Made by a program: the position numbers and the translations under genes
Part shown: positions 10,028-20,587 of the stretch, one piece after another
Numbering within the stretch: the stretch's first letter is position 1
How the letters are laid out: every line of letters begins with the position of its first letter
From: Candidatus Saccharimonadota bacterium
GTDB taxonomy: Bacteria > Pseudomonadota > Alphaproteobacteria > Rickettsiales > Anaplasmataceae
DNA length: 32,000 nucleotides
Reading direction: 5' to 3'
Assembly (NCBI RefSeq): GCF_025021925.1
Contig: NZ_CP092368.1
Coordinates: forward strand, 510,001 to 542,000
Notes under the pieces: generated by a model
Database searches by the model: none
Told to the model about the DNA's origin: nothing
What the model saw: the letters and a program-made list of their open reading frames with translations, nothing else

Positions 10028-10408
10028 ATGAGTGATCAACCTCTTTCTCCTCACTTACAAATATATAAAATACATATTACAAGTCTTTTGTCTATCATGC
10101 ATCGGTGTACTGGAATTTTGTTATTCCTTTTACTAATTAGTTTATCTTGGTGCTTTATATTATATGTCTTTTATCCTAAATGCCTTATTTTGACATATTG
10201 CAATATGTTATTCTCAAATCTTGTTGTAAGAATAGCAACATACTTTATATGTTTTCTATGTTTTATATATCATTCATTTAATGGTATTCGTTACTTGATG
10301 TGGAGCATTGGAATGCATTTAGATCCCAATGATTTTTTGAAGAGTATCATTTTATTGGGTATCCTATTACTGTTTAGTATTATACCATTTATCATGATAT
10401 TTATATGA
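10028..10408 (+). CDS. sdhC: Succinate dehydrogenase cytochrome b556 subunit
   Basis: PLSPHLQIYK...SIMHRCTGI and HSFNGIRYLMW motifs, three TM helices. The ATGA overlap with sdhD suggests coupling. Confidence 0.9.
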   Translation: MSDQPLSPHLQIYKIHITSLLSIMHRCTGILLFLLLISLSWCFILYVFYPKCLILTYCNMLFSNLVVRIATYFICFLCFIYHSFNGIRYLMWSIGMHLDPNDFLKSIILLGILLLFSIIPFIMIFI

Positions 10409-10755
10409 ATAATCCAGTGCGTAATTGGTGGTTACAGCGTATTACTGCTATTGTATTGTTATGTTTCTTTTCTGTATTTCTATACTTATATTTTTATATA
10501 TTCTATATACCTCTCTCTTTATCTGATATTCTCTCTCAAGTTATTACTCATCCTTTAGAATTATTATTTTTATCAATATTACTATTTTATATTTTTTGGC
10601 ATTCATTGATCGGAATACAGATTATTTGTGAAGACTATATTCACAAAATTTCTCTCAGAATTTTTACTATCACAGTTATCAAATTTTTCTCTAGAATTAC
10701 TTATATCACGCTCATTTTTAGTCTTTTATGTTTTTATAAAAATTTAATATTATAA
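10405..10755 (+). CDS. sdhD: Succinate dehydrogenase hydrophobic membrane anchor subunit
   Basis: WWLQRITAIVLL and HSLIGIQIICEDYIH motifs. Position directly after sdhC. Confidence 0.87.
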   Translation: MNNPVRNWWLQRITAIVLLCFFSVFLYLYFYIFYIPLSLSDILSQVITHPLELLFLSILLFYIFWHSLIGIQIICEDYIHKISLRIFTITVIKFFSRITYITLIFSLLCFYKNLIL

Positions 10756-10840
10756 ATCTTAAATTAAATTAATTTTTTATTCGCGCATTATAATAAATTA
10801 TGCTAATATAGAATTGGTAATTGAATAATGTTTAACTGAT

Positions 10841-11224
10841 ATGCAGTGGATAGAAAGAAGTATCGCAAATATTACTACTTCTTTTGCTAATCTTATTCCT
10901 TTAATTTTAATATGTATAGTATTTTATTTTTTTGTGATTCGTCCACATCATAAAAAAATAAAAGAACATAGAAAGATTTTAGATGGAATCAAAATTAGTG
11001 ATGTAATTATTACTACTGGTGGAATAATCGGTACTATCAATAAAATTGATAAAATACATGGACAATTATTACTAGCAATAGCACCAAAAGTTGAAGTAAG
11101 AATTCTTATATCAGCAATATCTGAAGTATTAAATACCGCAATACATCAAGACACGATCAATCCAATTATAAAAGTTAAAAATCAAAAAATTCTAAAGAAT
11201 ATTAAAACTAATACAAATATATAA
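10841..11224 (+). CDS. yajC: Preprotein translocase subunit YajC
   Basis: Single N-terminal TM helix followed by FYFFVIRPHHKKIKEHRKIL..I..D.VITTGGIIGTI, the YajC signature. Confidence 0.88.
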   Translation: MQWIERSIANITTSFANLIPLILICIVFYFFVIRPHHKKIKEHRKILDGIKISDVIITTGGIIGTINKIDKIHGQLLLAIAPKVEVRILISAISEVLNTAIHQDTINPIIKVKNQKILKNIKTNTNI

Positions 11225-11492
11225 AATAAAATACTTGAATAACAACACTAATTTGAAAGTTATTATTCACTAATAATTGCACTTAATTTGATATTTATCA
11301 TGATATCCAAATTTGGAGTATACAGAGTTGATATGATAAAAATCACAAATCTTGCAATAAAATTCAAAGATATACGCGTTGCAAAAAAAATTTTGTATTA
11401 GTACAAAGTAAAACTCATTAATTGAAAGAGGCTTAAATTTATAATATATCTTATATTAGAGAGAGATATATACTGTACAATACAGATTTCTA

Positions 11493-11521
11493 TTGCATCC
11501 CTCTTAAAGGAATTTTATAAT
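11493..11521 (+). promoter_or_regulatory. Candidate sigma-70 promoter for rpmI-rplT(-fmt)
   Basis: TTGCAT (11493-11498), a 17-nt spacer, then a perfect TATAAT (11516-11521), about 58 nt upstream of the rpmI ATG. The -35 matches only 3/6. Confidence 0.3.
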
Positions 11522-11579
11522 CAAGAGCGTATTGTGCAATTCAGAGTAATAATACTAATACAATAAGTATATAATTAAT

Positions 11580-11789
11580 ATGAAAAAAATAAAACTAAAA
11601 ACTAAGTCTTCTGTTAAAAAGCGATTTAAGTTGACAGCTCATGGTAAAGTGATTGCAACTCAATCAGGCAAAAGACATGGTATGATTAAGAGAAGCAAAG
11701 CTAATATTCGCAATCAACGCGGGACAGTAATTCTTGGTAAAGCTGATGCACGTATAGTGAAGCTATATATGCCTTACGGTATTGCATAG
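11580..11789 (+). CDS. rpmI: 50S ribosomal protein L35
   Basis: [24 protein letters not shown]....GKRHG..KRS is a typical L35 sequence. Confidence 0.93.
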   Translation: MKKIKLKTKSSVKKRFKLTAHGKVIATQSGKRHGMIKRSKANIRNQRGTVILGKADARIVKLYMPYGIA

Positions 11790-11808
11790 AAATGGAGGTG
11801 AAATATAA

Positions 11809-12186
11809 ATGTCTAGAGTAAAGCGTGGTGTAACTACTCATGCTCGTCATAAAAAGATATTGAAATTAGCAAAAGGTTATAAAGGGCGATCAAAAAGTTG
11901 TTATAGAATTGCATTGCAAAGAGTAGAAAAAGCATTACAGTATGCTTATAGAGATAGAAGAAATCGCAAGCGGGATTTTCGAAATCTGTGGATTATTCGA
12001 ATTAATGCTGCAGTGAGAGCTCGTGGTATGATTTACAGTAGATTTATATATGGCCTTAAACTTATGGATCTGTCTATCAATAGAAAAATGCTTGCTGAAC
12101 TCTCTGTCAATTATCAAGAAAATTTTGATCAGTTATTTAAAATTGTCAGTGATAAACTAATCACAACACAATCACAAGAAAGATAG
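11809..12186 (+). CDS. rplT: 50S ribosomal protein L20
   Basis: [27 protein letters not shown] and [27 protein letters not shown] Shine-Dalgarno upstream. Confidence 0.95.
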   Translation: MSRVKRGVTTHARHKKILKLAKGYKGRSKSCYRIALQRVEKALQYAYRDRRNRKRDFRNLWIIRINAAVRARGMIYSRFIYGLKLMDLSINRKMLAELSVNYQENFDQLFKIVSDKLITTQSQER

Positions 12187-12192
12187 TTTATC

Positions 12193-13098
12193 ATGCGAGT
12201 AATCTTTATGGGCACATCGCAGTATGCTATTACTCCTCTGAACTTGCTCTTAAAATCACAGAGAACAGTATTAGCAATATATACTAAGAAAATAAGCAGT
12301 GATTTTCATAGAAAGAAATTGGTAAAATCATCAATTCATGCTATTGCTGATCATCATAAAATTACAGTATATACTCCTACATCTCTCAACGAGATAGACA
12401 CACAAGAAACATTTATAAAATTGCAACCAGATATTGTCATTGTAGCATCTTATGGCATCATGATACCACAATCAATTTTAAGCATTCCAAAATATGGATG
12501 TATCAACATTCATCCTTCATTACTACCAAGATGGCGCGGACCTGCTCCTATACAAAATGTCATCTTATCTGGAGATCAAGAAACAGGAGTCACAATTATA
12601 CAATTGACTAAAGACTTAGATTCTGGTCCTATCTTAAAACAACAAAAAATTTTCATTGATCAACATGATAACTATTCATCCTTACATTCTAGATTATCTG
12701 AGTTAGGTGGAAATATATTACTTGAAGTACTAAATCAGATAGAACAACAAGTGCCTGTGCAACAGGATCATCAGAATGCATGTTATGCAAGTAAGATAGA
12801 AGATAATCAAATTTATTCTACTGATGCTTGTCAGCAGGCTTATAGAAAAGTAAAAGCATTCTATCCAAAAGCATTTGTCAAAATAAATAATATACGTATT
12901 ATATTACTTGATGCTGAATATTCTCAGGATACTTCTCATGCGAATTATGGTGCCATTATGAATAACAAGATGTATATCAGATTAAAAGGAGGTATCCTAG
13001 TGCCTAAAGTTGTACATATGGAAGGAAGAAGACCATGTGAGATTTCGAATTTTCTGCGTGGATTTAAAATTAATATAATGAATAACGTAATAGATTAA
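12193..13098 (+). CDS. fmt: Methionyl-tRNA formyltransferase
   Basis: MRVIFMGT N-terminus and the formyltransferase motif INIHPSLLPRWRGPAPIQ. Size 301 aa. Confidence 0.92.
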   Translation: MRVIFMGTSQYAITPLNLLLKSQRTVLAIYTKKISSDFHRKKLVKSSIHAIADHHKITVYTPTSLNEIDTQETFIKLQPDIVIVASYGIMIPQSILSIPKYGCINIHPSLLPRWRGPAPIQNVILSGDQETGVTIIQLTKDLDSGPILKQQKIFIDQHDNYSSLHSRLSELGGNILLEVLNQIEQQVPVQQDHQNACYASKIEDNQIYSTDACQQAYRKVKAFYPKAFVKINNIRIILLDAEYSQDTSHANYGAIMNNKMYIRLKGGILVPKVVHMEGRRPCEISNFLRGFKINIMNNVID

Positions 13099-13250
13099 AA
13101 AATTCATGAAGCATGTATTGATATACTATATACATTTAATGTATTCTATCATTCGTCACTTGAAAAATTTCATAGATCCTCATATGATCTGAGAGAGATT
13201 TTTTGTACACAAGTACAATACCCTTTTTTTTGATATTTAGAAAAAATATA

Positions 13251-14771
13251 ATGAAAATCACACGAGCATTACTGTCAGTATATGACAAAACTAATATCAT
13301 AAAACTTGCATCTTTTTTAGAGCAACAAAGAATAGAGATTCTTGCAACAGGTAGTACATATAACTCTCTATTTGCTGCAGGAATAAAAGCACAAGAGATT
13401 TCACATTATACACAATCTTCAGAAATGCTAGAAGGACGCATCAAAACACTACATCCTAAAATTCATAGCGGTATACTTTGTGATAGAAAGAGACATAAAG
13501 ATGAAATACATACTCTAGGTATCATACCTATTGATCTCATTGTGGTGAATTTATATCCGTTTTGGGATGAAGTAAATAATCATAGCACTGAAGAAAAAAT
13601 TATAGATCAAATAGATATTGGTGGTGTGGCATTAATTAGATCTGCAGCAAAAAATTTTTCTTTTACTTCTGTAATTTCTAGTATTCAGGATTATGATACC
13701 ATCATTCATGAGATGACAAAAAATGGTAATAAAACTACCTTACAATATAGACAATATTTAGCAACTAAGGCATTTGCATTAACTGCATATTATGATAGTA
13801 ATATTTACAACTGGTTTACAGAAAAGAATGTAAGTAACAATTTACCCGAATTTTTTACATTATATGGATATAAAGCACAAGAATTAAGATATGGAGAAAA
13901 TCCACATCAAAAAGCTGCATTTTATAGTAATAGATTATCTCAATATCCTCTGGAGAAAGTACATGGCAAAGAATTAAGTTATAATAATATTTTAGATATA
14001 GAATCTGCACTAAACATTATCTCTCATTTTAAAGAGCCTTCTGCAGTCATTATAAAGCATAATAATCCATGTGGAGTCGCGATAGGTCATAATGCTTTAG
14101 ACGCATATAAAAAAGCTATATCAATTGATAAAATCAGTAATTTTGGAGGGATTGTTAGTATTAATAGAGAAATAGATTATGAATTATCTCGCACTCTTAA
14201 TGAGATCTTTTTAGAAGTAGTAATAGCTCCTTCAATTAATACATATGCACTCGAAATATTAAAAGGCAAAAAAAACCTGAGAATTATTATTTATCAATCT
14301 ATTCAACAAAATAAGATATATCATGCTAAAAATGTAACAGGAGGGTTTTTAGTACAACAAGTTAATCACCATATTATTACTCCACAAGAACTCATACAAG
14401 TAACAGAGCATTCTATTACAAAAGAAGAAATGACAGATCTAATCTTTGCATGGCATGTTTGTATACATGTAAAATCCAATGCAATAGTAATAGCAAAAAA
14501 TGGTTGCGCTATTGGTATAGGTGCAGGACAAACAAGTAGAATAGAGAGTGTAAAGATTGCATTACAGAAGGCAGGTACTCAATGTACAGGCGCCTTTCTT
14601 GCTTCAGATGCCTTTTTACCATTTACAGATAGTATAATAGAAATGAAAAAGAAGAATATTAAAGCTATTATTCAACCTGGTGGTTCTTTACAGGATAAAG
14701 AAATTATAGAATACGCAAATAAAAATAATATTGCTATGTTTTTTACTGGCATAAGAAGTTTTTACCATTAA
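13251..14771 (+). CDS. purH: Bifunctional AICAR formyltransferase / IMP cyclohydrolase
   Basis: MKITRALLSVYDKTNI, GRIKTLHPKIHSGIL, LRYGENPHQ and QPGGS motifs. ATG at 13251 matches the conserved PurH N-terminus. The track's TTG at 13203 adds 16 non-conserved residues. Confidence 0.94.
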   Translation: MKITRALLSVYDKTNIIKLASFLEQQRIEILATGSTYNSLFAAGIKAQEISHYTQSSEMLEGRIKTLHPKIHSGILCDRKRHKDEIHTLGIIPIDLIVVNLYPFWDEVNNHSTEEKIIDQIDIGGVALIRSAAKNFSFTSVISSIQDYDTIIHEMTKNGNKTTLQYRQYLATKAFALTAYYDSNIYNWFTEKNVSNNLPEFFTLYGYKAQELRYGENPHQKAAFYSNRLSQYPLEKVHGKELSYNNILDIESALNIISHFKEPSAVIIKHNNPCGVAIGHNALDAYKKAISIDKISNFGGIVSINREIDYELSRTLNEIFLEVVIAPSINTYALEILKGKKNLRIIIYQSIQQNKIYHAKNVTGGFLVQQVNHHIITPQELIQVTEHSITKEEMTDLIFAWHVCIHVKSNAIVIAKNGCAIGIGAGQTSRIESVKIALQKAGTQCTGAFLASDAFLPFTDSIIEMKKKNIKAIIQPGGSLQDKEIIEYANKNNIAMFFTGIRSFYH

Positions 14772-14869
14772 AGTTTTTTGATCTATTATATGATATTGTA
14801 ATTGAAAATTACAGAATGAAAAATACTTGTACAAGCAATATTCAATATGATAAAATAGGATCATTTTAT

Positions 14870-14941
14870 TCCTCGGTAGCTCAGTGGTAGAGCAGTTGGC
14901 TGTTAACCAATTGGTCGCTGGTTCGAATCCGGCCCGGGGAG
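14870..14941 (+). tRNA. tRNA-Asn (anticodon GTT)
   Basis: Manual cloverleaf: acceptor TCCTCGG/CCGGGGA, D arm GCTC-AGTGGTA-GAGC, anticodon loop CTGTTAA, T arm GCTGG-TTCGAAT-CCGGC, discriminator G. Confidence 0.95.
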
Positions 14942-14966
14942 CTTCTCTTTCTTTATAACAAATTAT

Positions 14967-16529
14967 ATGCATGTCAAATCAATCGTATTATGTATATTAG
15001 ATGGATGGGGAAATGGTATCATGAATAATATATATAATCCGATAAGCAGTGCTTATTTACCTTGTTGGAATTATATTAACTCTTATTATCCAAAATGTAA
15101 TTTATTAGCTTCTGGACTAGCAGTTGGGCTACCAAAAAACCAGATTGGTAATTCAGAAGTAGGTCATATGAATATCGGAAGTGGAAGAGTGCTAATGCAA
15201 AGTCTAGAACGTATTAATCAAAAAATTAACATTATAGATAATAATATTAATTTACAACGCTTTATTCATAATATCAAAAATAAAAATGGTATATGTCATC
15301 TTTTAGGATTAATATCAAGTGGTGGAGTGCACTCACATCATAAGCATATTGCTATATTAGCAAATAAAATTGCACAACATGGTATCAAAGTTATGATACA
15401 TGCTTTTTTAGATGGAAGAGATACACCTCCTAATTCAGGAAAAGAGTATCTTCAAGATTTTATATATCAAGTAAAGGATCAAGATATTAGAATTGCTACT
15501 ATTTCTGGACGTTATTATGCAATGGATAGAGATAATAGATGGGAAAGAACTAGGAAAACATATAAGGCAATTGTATTTGCACAGGGAAGATCTTATAAAG
15601 ATGTTATGCTATTACTTGATAGTAACTATCATAATAATATAGGTGATGAGTTTATTCATCCATCAATCATAGGAGATTATAATGGCATTGAAGAGGAAGA
15701 TGGTATTTTATTTGCTAACTTTCGTGCTGATAGAATGATGCAACTTGCAAGCATGCTATTAAAGAAACAAGATACTAGAATGTATAATAATTTAACGGAT
15801 CTTAAAACAAATATATTAAATAAACATGCTAATAGCCTTCAGTTTCTGAGTATGACACAGTATAAAAAAGGATTGCAAATGCCATATCTTTTTTCTCCTA
15901 TATCATGTTTTAATTCTTTAGGACAAGTCATATCAAGAAACAAACTTAGGCAATTACGTATTGCTGAAACTGAAAAATATGCTCATGTTACCTATTTTTT
16001 TAATTGTGGGCAGGAAGATCCATTTTTAGGAGAAGAAAGAATTCTGATTGCTTCACCAAAAGTCAAAACTTATGATTTACAACCTGAAATGTCTGTATTT
16101 GAATTGACAAAACATCTGATTATAAAAATTCGTTCTCAAGAATTTTCATTGATAGTAGTAAATTTTGCTAATCCTGATATGGTGGGACATACAGGTAAAA
16201 TAATAGCTGCTCAGAAAGCACTAGAAGCAGTAGATATATGTATAAAAAAAGTGTTGAATGCTACTCAAGAAGTACAGGATACTGCACTAATTGTTACATC
16301 AGATCATGGTAATATTGAATGTATGTTTGATGAAATAAATAATACATCTCATACAGCTCACACTTTAAATACAGTACCATTTATTATATGCTATGATGCA
16401 TATCATAATATGAATTTAAAAGATGGTAAATTATCTGATATTGCGCCTACTATTCTACAATTGCTGAAAATTCCACAACCATCTGAGATGACTGGTATGT
16501 CATTACTGATGACTGATTCTATCATATAA
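14967..16529 (+). CDS. gpmI: 2,3-bisphosphoglycerate-independent phosphoglycerate mutase
   Basis: [32 protein letters not shown] and TSDHGN motifs. 520 aa. Confidence 0.94.
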   Translation: MHVKSIVLCILDGWGNGIMNNIYNPISSAYLPCWNYINSYYPKCNLLASGLAVGLPKNQIGNSEVGHMNIGSGRVLMQSLERINQKINIIDNNINLQRFIHNIKNKNGICHLLGLISSGGVHSHHKHIAILANKIAQHGIKVMIHAFLDGRDTPPNSGKEYLQDFIYQVKDQDIRIATISGRYYAMDRDNRWERTRKTYKAIVFAQGRSYKDVMLLLDSNYHNNIGDEFIHPSIIGDYNGIEEEDGILFANFRADRMMQLASMLLKKQDTRMYNNLTDLKTNILNKHANSLQFLSMTQYKKGLQMPYLFSPISCFNSLGQVISRNKLRQLRIAETEKYAHVTYFFNCGQEDPFLGEERILIASPKVKTYDLQPEMSVFELTKHLIIKIRSQEFSLIVVNFANPDMVGHTGKIIAAQKALEAVDICIKKVLNATQEVQDTALIVTSDHGNIECMFDEINNTSHTAHTLNTVPFIICYDAYHNMNLKDGKLSDIAPTILQLLKIPQPSEMTGMSLLMTDSII

Positions 16530-17478
16530 TGAGTTCATTAAAGAAATCTTTCATGTCATTAACATTCTCTATGTTAATAGTTTTGATTGATGAATCAATT
16601 CTTTTTACTAAATGTGATAAAACTCTCTTAGGACCAATTTCAACCAATGTATTAATTCCATGATTCTTCATATATATTACCATTTCTCTCCATCTCACTC
16701 TGCTGAGAATTTGTTTTGCAAGTAGTACTTTTAAAGTATGTGGATCATTTTCTGCTTGAGCAGTCACATTTGATATACACGGTACTATAGGACTTGATAT
16801 TTTAATATCATGTAAATATTCTAAAATTGTATTATCTGCAGGTTTCATTAAAGATGAATGAAATGGTCCACTAACTTGTAATTTAATTAATTTTTTGATA
16901 CTAATTTCTCTCAAAATATCAGGTAGTTTATGAAGATTTTCTATAGTGCCACTGATTACTACTTGTCCTGCACCATTGTCATTTGATATTTCATATAAAA
17001 TACCATTCATATTTTCCAATTTCAATATTTGTTCTATTTTTTCTATTGCTACTCCTAATAATGCTATCATACCACCTTGCGCTTTTGCAGAAGCTTCTGA
17101 CATAGCTATACTACGCACTTGTAATAATTTAACCGTATCTTCAAGTGTTAAAGCTCCCGAAGCGCATAGCGCTGTATATTCTCCAACTGAGTGACCACAG
17201 ACATACTTGATATTAAAATTAGAAAATAATGATCTTCCATAAATATATTCCATAGTTCTGAACATTGCTATTGATACTACCATAATAGCTGGTTGCGCAT
17301 TTTCCGTATTAGTTAATTCTTGAAGAGAGCTATGAAAAATGATATTAGATAATTTGCGATTTAGAATATTATCTACTTCATCAAAGACTTGTCTCGCAAT
17401 AGGAAATTCTGTATATAAGCTTTGTCCCATACCTATAAACTGTGAACCCTGACCTGGAAATGCAAAAATAATCATCAT
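16522..17478 (-). CDS. fabD: Malonyl CoA-acyl carrier protein transacylase
   Basis: FAFPGQGSQ and the active-site GHSVGEY, plus FHSSLM. The 3' end overlaps the gpmI 3' end by 8 bp. Confidence 0.93.
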   Translation of the reverse strand: MMIIFAFPGQGSQFIGMGQSLYTEFPIARQVFDEVDNILNRKLSNIIFHSSLQELTNTENAQPAIMVVSIAMFRTMEYIYGRSLFSNFNIKYVCGHSVGEYTALCASGALTLEDTVKLLQVRSIAMSEASAKAQGGMIALLGVAIEKIEQILKLENMNGILYEISNDNGAGQVVISGTIENLHKLPDILREISIKKLIKLQVSGPFHSSLMKPADNTILEYLHDIKISSPIVPCISNVTAQAENDPHTLKVLLAKQILSRVRWREMVIYMKNHGINTLVEIGPKRVLSHLVKRIDSSIKTINIENVNDMKDFFNELII

Positions 17479-17598
17479 TTATTTTGTATGTAATTAAATA
17501 TACTGTTTTATTTATCTTTGTCATTATCCATTAAAATAATTTGTTGACTTTATGAAGCAAATTTACAAGAATATTAATTCATCAAGGACTAAAAAAAC

Positions 17599-17817
17599 AT
17601 GATCAAAGCAGTAATCAGTTACCATAAAGTCATTATAGTAATGACTAATGGACAAGAATTTGAGACACGTTCTACTTATGGTACAGAAGGAAATCGAATA
17701 AAACTTGATAGAGATCCATTAACACATCCTGCATGGACGAAAACATTGACAAGTGGGTCATTGAGCAAAGCTAGTAAGCTCGCTAAATTTAATAATAAAT
17801 ATGGAGACATATTTTAA
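17599..17817 (+). CDS. rpmE: 50S ribosomal protein L31
   Basis: YHKVIIVMTNGQEFETRSTYG....KLDRDPLTHPAWT is collinear with the L31 family (Cys-less type). Confidence 0.85.
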   Translation: MIKAVISYHKVIIVMTNGQEFETRSTYGTEGNRIKLDRDPLTHPAWTKTLTSGSLSKASKLAKFNNKYGDIF

Positions 17818-17848
17818 TATTTTCTATTTATCTTATATATGATGAAAG

Positions 17849-18643
17849 ATGCATAAGTATCAGAATATAGGATATATTGCTTCTCATCTCCCAAAATCAC
17901 GAAGAATTTCTCAATTATTAGAACAATTGAATTTTATTAATGTGAAACAAGATAATAGATCTAAAGTCGATTTATTAATTGTTGTAGGAGGTGATGGCTT
18001 TATGTTACGTACCTTACATAATTATATTATTAAACATAGACACACACACATATATGGCATTAATACTGGTAACGTTGGATTCTTAATGAATAAATGTGTC
18101 GATCGCTGTGAAGAACTGATCAATCATATTAAATATGCCACTTCAACACAATTAACATTACTAAAGATGGAGATATCAGATATAAATGGTAATAGTTGTC
18201 AATATATAGCAGTCAATGAAGTATATATTTTTAGAAAAACAAATCAAATAGTAGAAATGAATATCACTATCAATAGTAAACTAAAATTAGAAAAATTGAG
18301 AGGTGATGGTATCATTCTCTCTACTCCAACAGGTAGTACAGCATACAATTTTTCTGCAGGTGGTCCTATATTACCATTAAATTCAAATTTACTTGCGCTA
18401 ACTTCTATTAATAGTTATTATCCACGACATTGGAATGGAGCTCTTATACCAAATGATAAAATAGTGCAAATTGACATTCATGATACAAAAAAACGTCCAG
18501 TACTTGTAGTCTCAGATTATAAAGAGTTTCATAATATATCACAGATTAAAATACAAAAAGATCATGAGAGTACAATGACTCTTCTTTTTAATAAGGACTA
18601 TTCTCTAAATGAACGCATAATTGATAGACAATTTTTGTATTAA
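17849..18643 (+). CDS. nadK: NAD kinase
   Basis: VVGGDGFMLRT, NEVYIFR and GDGIILSTPTGSTAYNFSAGGPIL motifs. Confidence 0.92.
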   Translation: MHKYQNIGYIASHLPKSRRISQLLEQLNFINVKQDNRSKVDLLIVVGGDGFMLRTLHNYIIKHRHTHIYGINTGNVGFLMNKCVDRCEELINHIKYATSTQLTLLKMEISDINGNSCQYIAVNEVYIFRKTNQIVEMNITINSKLKLEKLRGDGIILSTPTGSTAYNFSAGGPILPLNSNLLALTSINSYYPRHWNGALIPNDKIVQIDIHDTKKRPVLVVSDYKEFHNISQIKIQKDHESTMTLLFNKDYSLNERIIDRQFLY

Positions 18644-18659
18644 TAATATCCTATGTGCT

Positions 18660-19673
18660 TTAAAGAGAGAATTGATTATTATGATTTACAATATGATGTA
18701 CAGCTGATATGATATCTTCTACTTGTGGTAAAGCTTTTTTCTCTAGATTTGAAGCATAAGGTAAAGGAATATCCTGTCCAGTTACTCGTATCACCGGTGC
18801 ATCTAGATAATCAAATCCTTGTTCCATAGCAATAGTAGAAATTTCTGTTCCTATACCTGCAAAAGGCCATCCATCTTCTACACTTACTAATCTATTAGTC
18901 TTCTTAAGAGAATTAATAATAGTGTCAGAGTCAAGAGGTCTTAAAGTTCTTAAATCAATTACTTCGGCATCTATTCCATCATTCTGGTATAGCAAATCTG
19001 CTGCATGTAAAGTATGACTGATTTTTAAAGAAAATGCAGTAATAGTGACATCCTTTCCTTTGCGAATCACAGATGCTTTCCCTATATCAATTAAAAAATC
19101 CTTATTCCTCATCTGAGATTCAGGTACTTCATGTTCATGGCTATACGCTATTTCATTTTCTAAAAAAATGACCGGATTTGGATCACGAATCGCTGATTTG
19201 AGCAAGCCTCTACAATCAGAAGCAAAATAAGGTGCTATGACTTTGAGCCCAGGTATATGTGCATACCAAGAAGCAAAACATTGCGAATGTTGTGCAGCAA
19301 CTCTAGATGATGCGCCATTTGGTCCGCGAAATACTATTGAGCATCCCAATTGTCCACCTGACATATAATGAATTTTCGCTGCAGAATTTACAATTTGATC
19401 AATGGCTTGCATAGAGAAATTAAAAGTCATAAACTCAACAATTGGTTTTAAGCCAGCAAAAGATGCGCCTATAGCAAGGCCTGTAAGGCCGTGTTCAGTA
19501 ATTGGTGAATCGATAATTCTATCGCATCCGAACTCTTTTAAGAGTCCTTTTGTAACTTTATAAGCACCATTATATTCTCCAATTTCTTGTCCTATTATAA
19601 ATATATTAGGATCATTCTGCATTTCTTCTCTAAGTGCTATACATAGAGCCTCTCTCACACTTAAGAATGCCAT
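18660..19673 (-). CDS. pdhB: Pyruvate dehydrogenase E1 component beta subunit
   Basis: [18 protein letters not shown]..., [37 protein letters not shown]. The start was moved to the ATG at 19673 (337 aa). The track's 19757 start adds 28 non-conserved residues. Confidence 0.93.
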   Translation of the reverse strand: MAFLSVREALCIALREEMQNDPNIFIIGQEIGEYNGAYKVTKGLLKEFGCDRIIDSPITEHGLTGLAIGASFAGLKPIVEFMTFNFSMQAIDQIVNSAAKIHYMSGGQLGCSIVFRGPNGASSRVAAQHSQCFASWYAHIPGLKVIAPYFASDCRGLLKSAIRDPNPVIFLENEIAYSHEHEVPESQMRNKDFLIDIGKASVIRKGKDVTITAFSLKISHTLHAADLLYQNDGIDAEVIDLRTLRPLDSDTIINSLKKTNRLVSVEDGWPFAGIGTEISTIAMEQGFDYLDAPVIRVTGQDIPLPYASNLEKKALPQVEDIISAVHHIVNHNNQFSL

Positions 19674-19822
19674 TTTTACTAAAATAATATAGTTTTCTAA
19701 TAAAACTATACCAGAATTATAAATAATAAGTAAAGTAAAATTCCTGAATCTTAGCATTCATGATATTACCTTTTAGGTAGTAGGTATTTTAACCATAATT
19801 CTTCTCTCTCATGAAGTTTCAT

Positions 19823-20587
19823 CTATTTCTTTTGTTCAATATACTTACATATTAAAATAGAAAGTTCATATAACATTAACATTGGTATTGCAAGTCCTAT
19901 TTGACTTACAACATCAGGTGGTGTTAAAATAGCAGCAATAATAAAAATTATTACTATCGCAATTCTACGTTTACTAGATAAATGATGCGCACTTAAAAAT
20001 CCTACTTTCACCATAAGCGTAAGAATCACAGGTATTTGAAATGCGGTACCAAATGCAAACATAAATTGTAATACAAGATCTAAATATTCACTTACTGATG
20101 GCATAAATTCTATAGGTATTCCAAAAGATTGACCGCTGTGTTCAAATGCAATAAAAAATTTCCATGCTAACGGCAAGATATAGTAATATACTACAGTCGC
20201 TCCTATCGCAAATAGTAGAGGAGTTGCAATTAAATATGGTAATAAAGCTTCTTTCTCACTTTTATATAAGCCAGGAGCTAAAAACATATAGAATTGCCAT
20301 GCAAAAACAGGACAAGAAAATAATAATGCACTTGTTATTGCCACTCTGAGATACACAAAAAATGCTTCTGTTAAATCTGTGTAAATGAGAGAAAAATCGT
20401 TGCTATTTTTTGTGACTGCTATTAAAGGAGCAAGTAAAAAATAATATATATATTCTTTAAAGAAATAACATATACTAAAAGTGATACAAAAAAATAAAAA
20501 ACAGAATATGACTCTTCTTCTTAATTCTGCAAAATGTTCATAAAAGGATGAATATAATGAAGAATATCTATCTAACTTATTATTCAT
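19823..20587 (-). CDS. tatC: Twin-arginine translocase subunit TatC
   Basis: FYEHFAELRRRVI, six TM helices, ILTPPDVVSQ motif. The ATG overlaps the gap stop codon (ATGA). Confidence 0.92.
   Translation of the reverse strand: MNNKLDRYSSLYSSFYEHFAELRRRVIFCFLFFCITFSICYFFKEYIYYFLLAPLIAVTKNSNDFSLIYTDLTEAFFVYLRVAITSALLFSCPVFAWQFYMFLAPGLYKSEKEALLPYLIATPLLFAIGATVVYYYILPLAWKFFIAFEHSGQSFGIPIEFMPSVSEYLDLVLQFMFAFGTAFQIPVILTLMVKVGFLSAHHLSSKRRIAIVIIFIIAAILTPPDVVSQIGLAIPMLMLYELSILICKYIEQKK

Noticed and set aside
11300-11401. 33-codon ORF (MISKFGVYRVDMIKITNLAIKFKDIRVAKKILY) in the spacer upstream of rpmI. I considered a relic of infC or a leader peptide.
   Set aside because: I could see no convincing similarity to the IF3 N- or C-terminal domains. 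It has no Shine-Dalgarno, and the composition is typical of translated AT-rich noncoding DNA.
13203-13231. Hairpin TTGTAC-ACAA-GTACAA followed after 5 nt by T8, between fmt and purH. I considered an intrinsic terminator.
   Set aside because: The stem is only 6 bp and AT-rich, and the T-run is not adjacent to it. The T-run may simply be promoter or UTR sequence of purH, so the evidence is not strong enough to annotate.
14688-14972. 94-aa minus-strand ORF spanning the purH 3' end, tRNA-Asn and the gpmI start.
   Set aside because: It runs antisense through a well-folded tRNA-Asn and overlaps two strongly supported genes. Its middle ([28 protein letters not shown]) is simply the tRNA read backwards.
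19674-19757. N-terminal extensions implied by the longest-ORF starts of pdhB (28 aa), coxB (41-47 aa), ribB (27 aa), purH (16 aa), dnaK (11 aa) and rnhA (9 aa). I considered novel leader or targeting peptides.
   Set aside because: In every case an internal ATG aligns with the conserved family N-terminus. The extension is I/N/K/Y/L-rich, like flanking noncoding DNA. For ribB the extension would overlap greA. These are better explained as start-codon over-calls.
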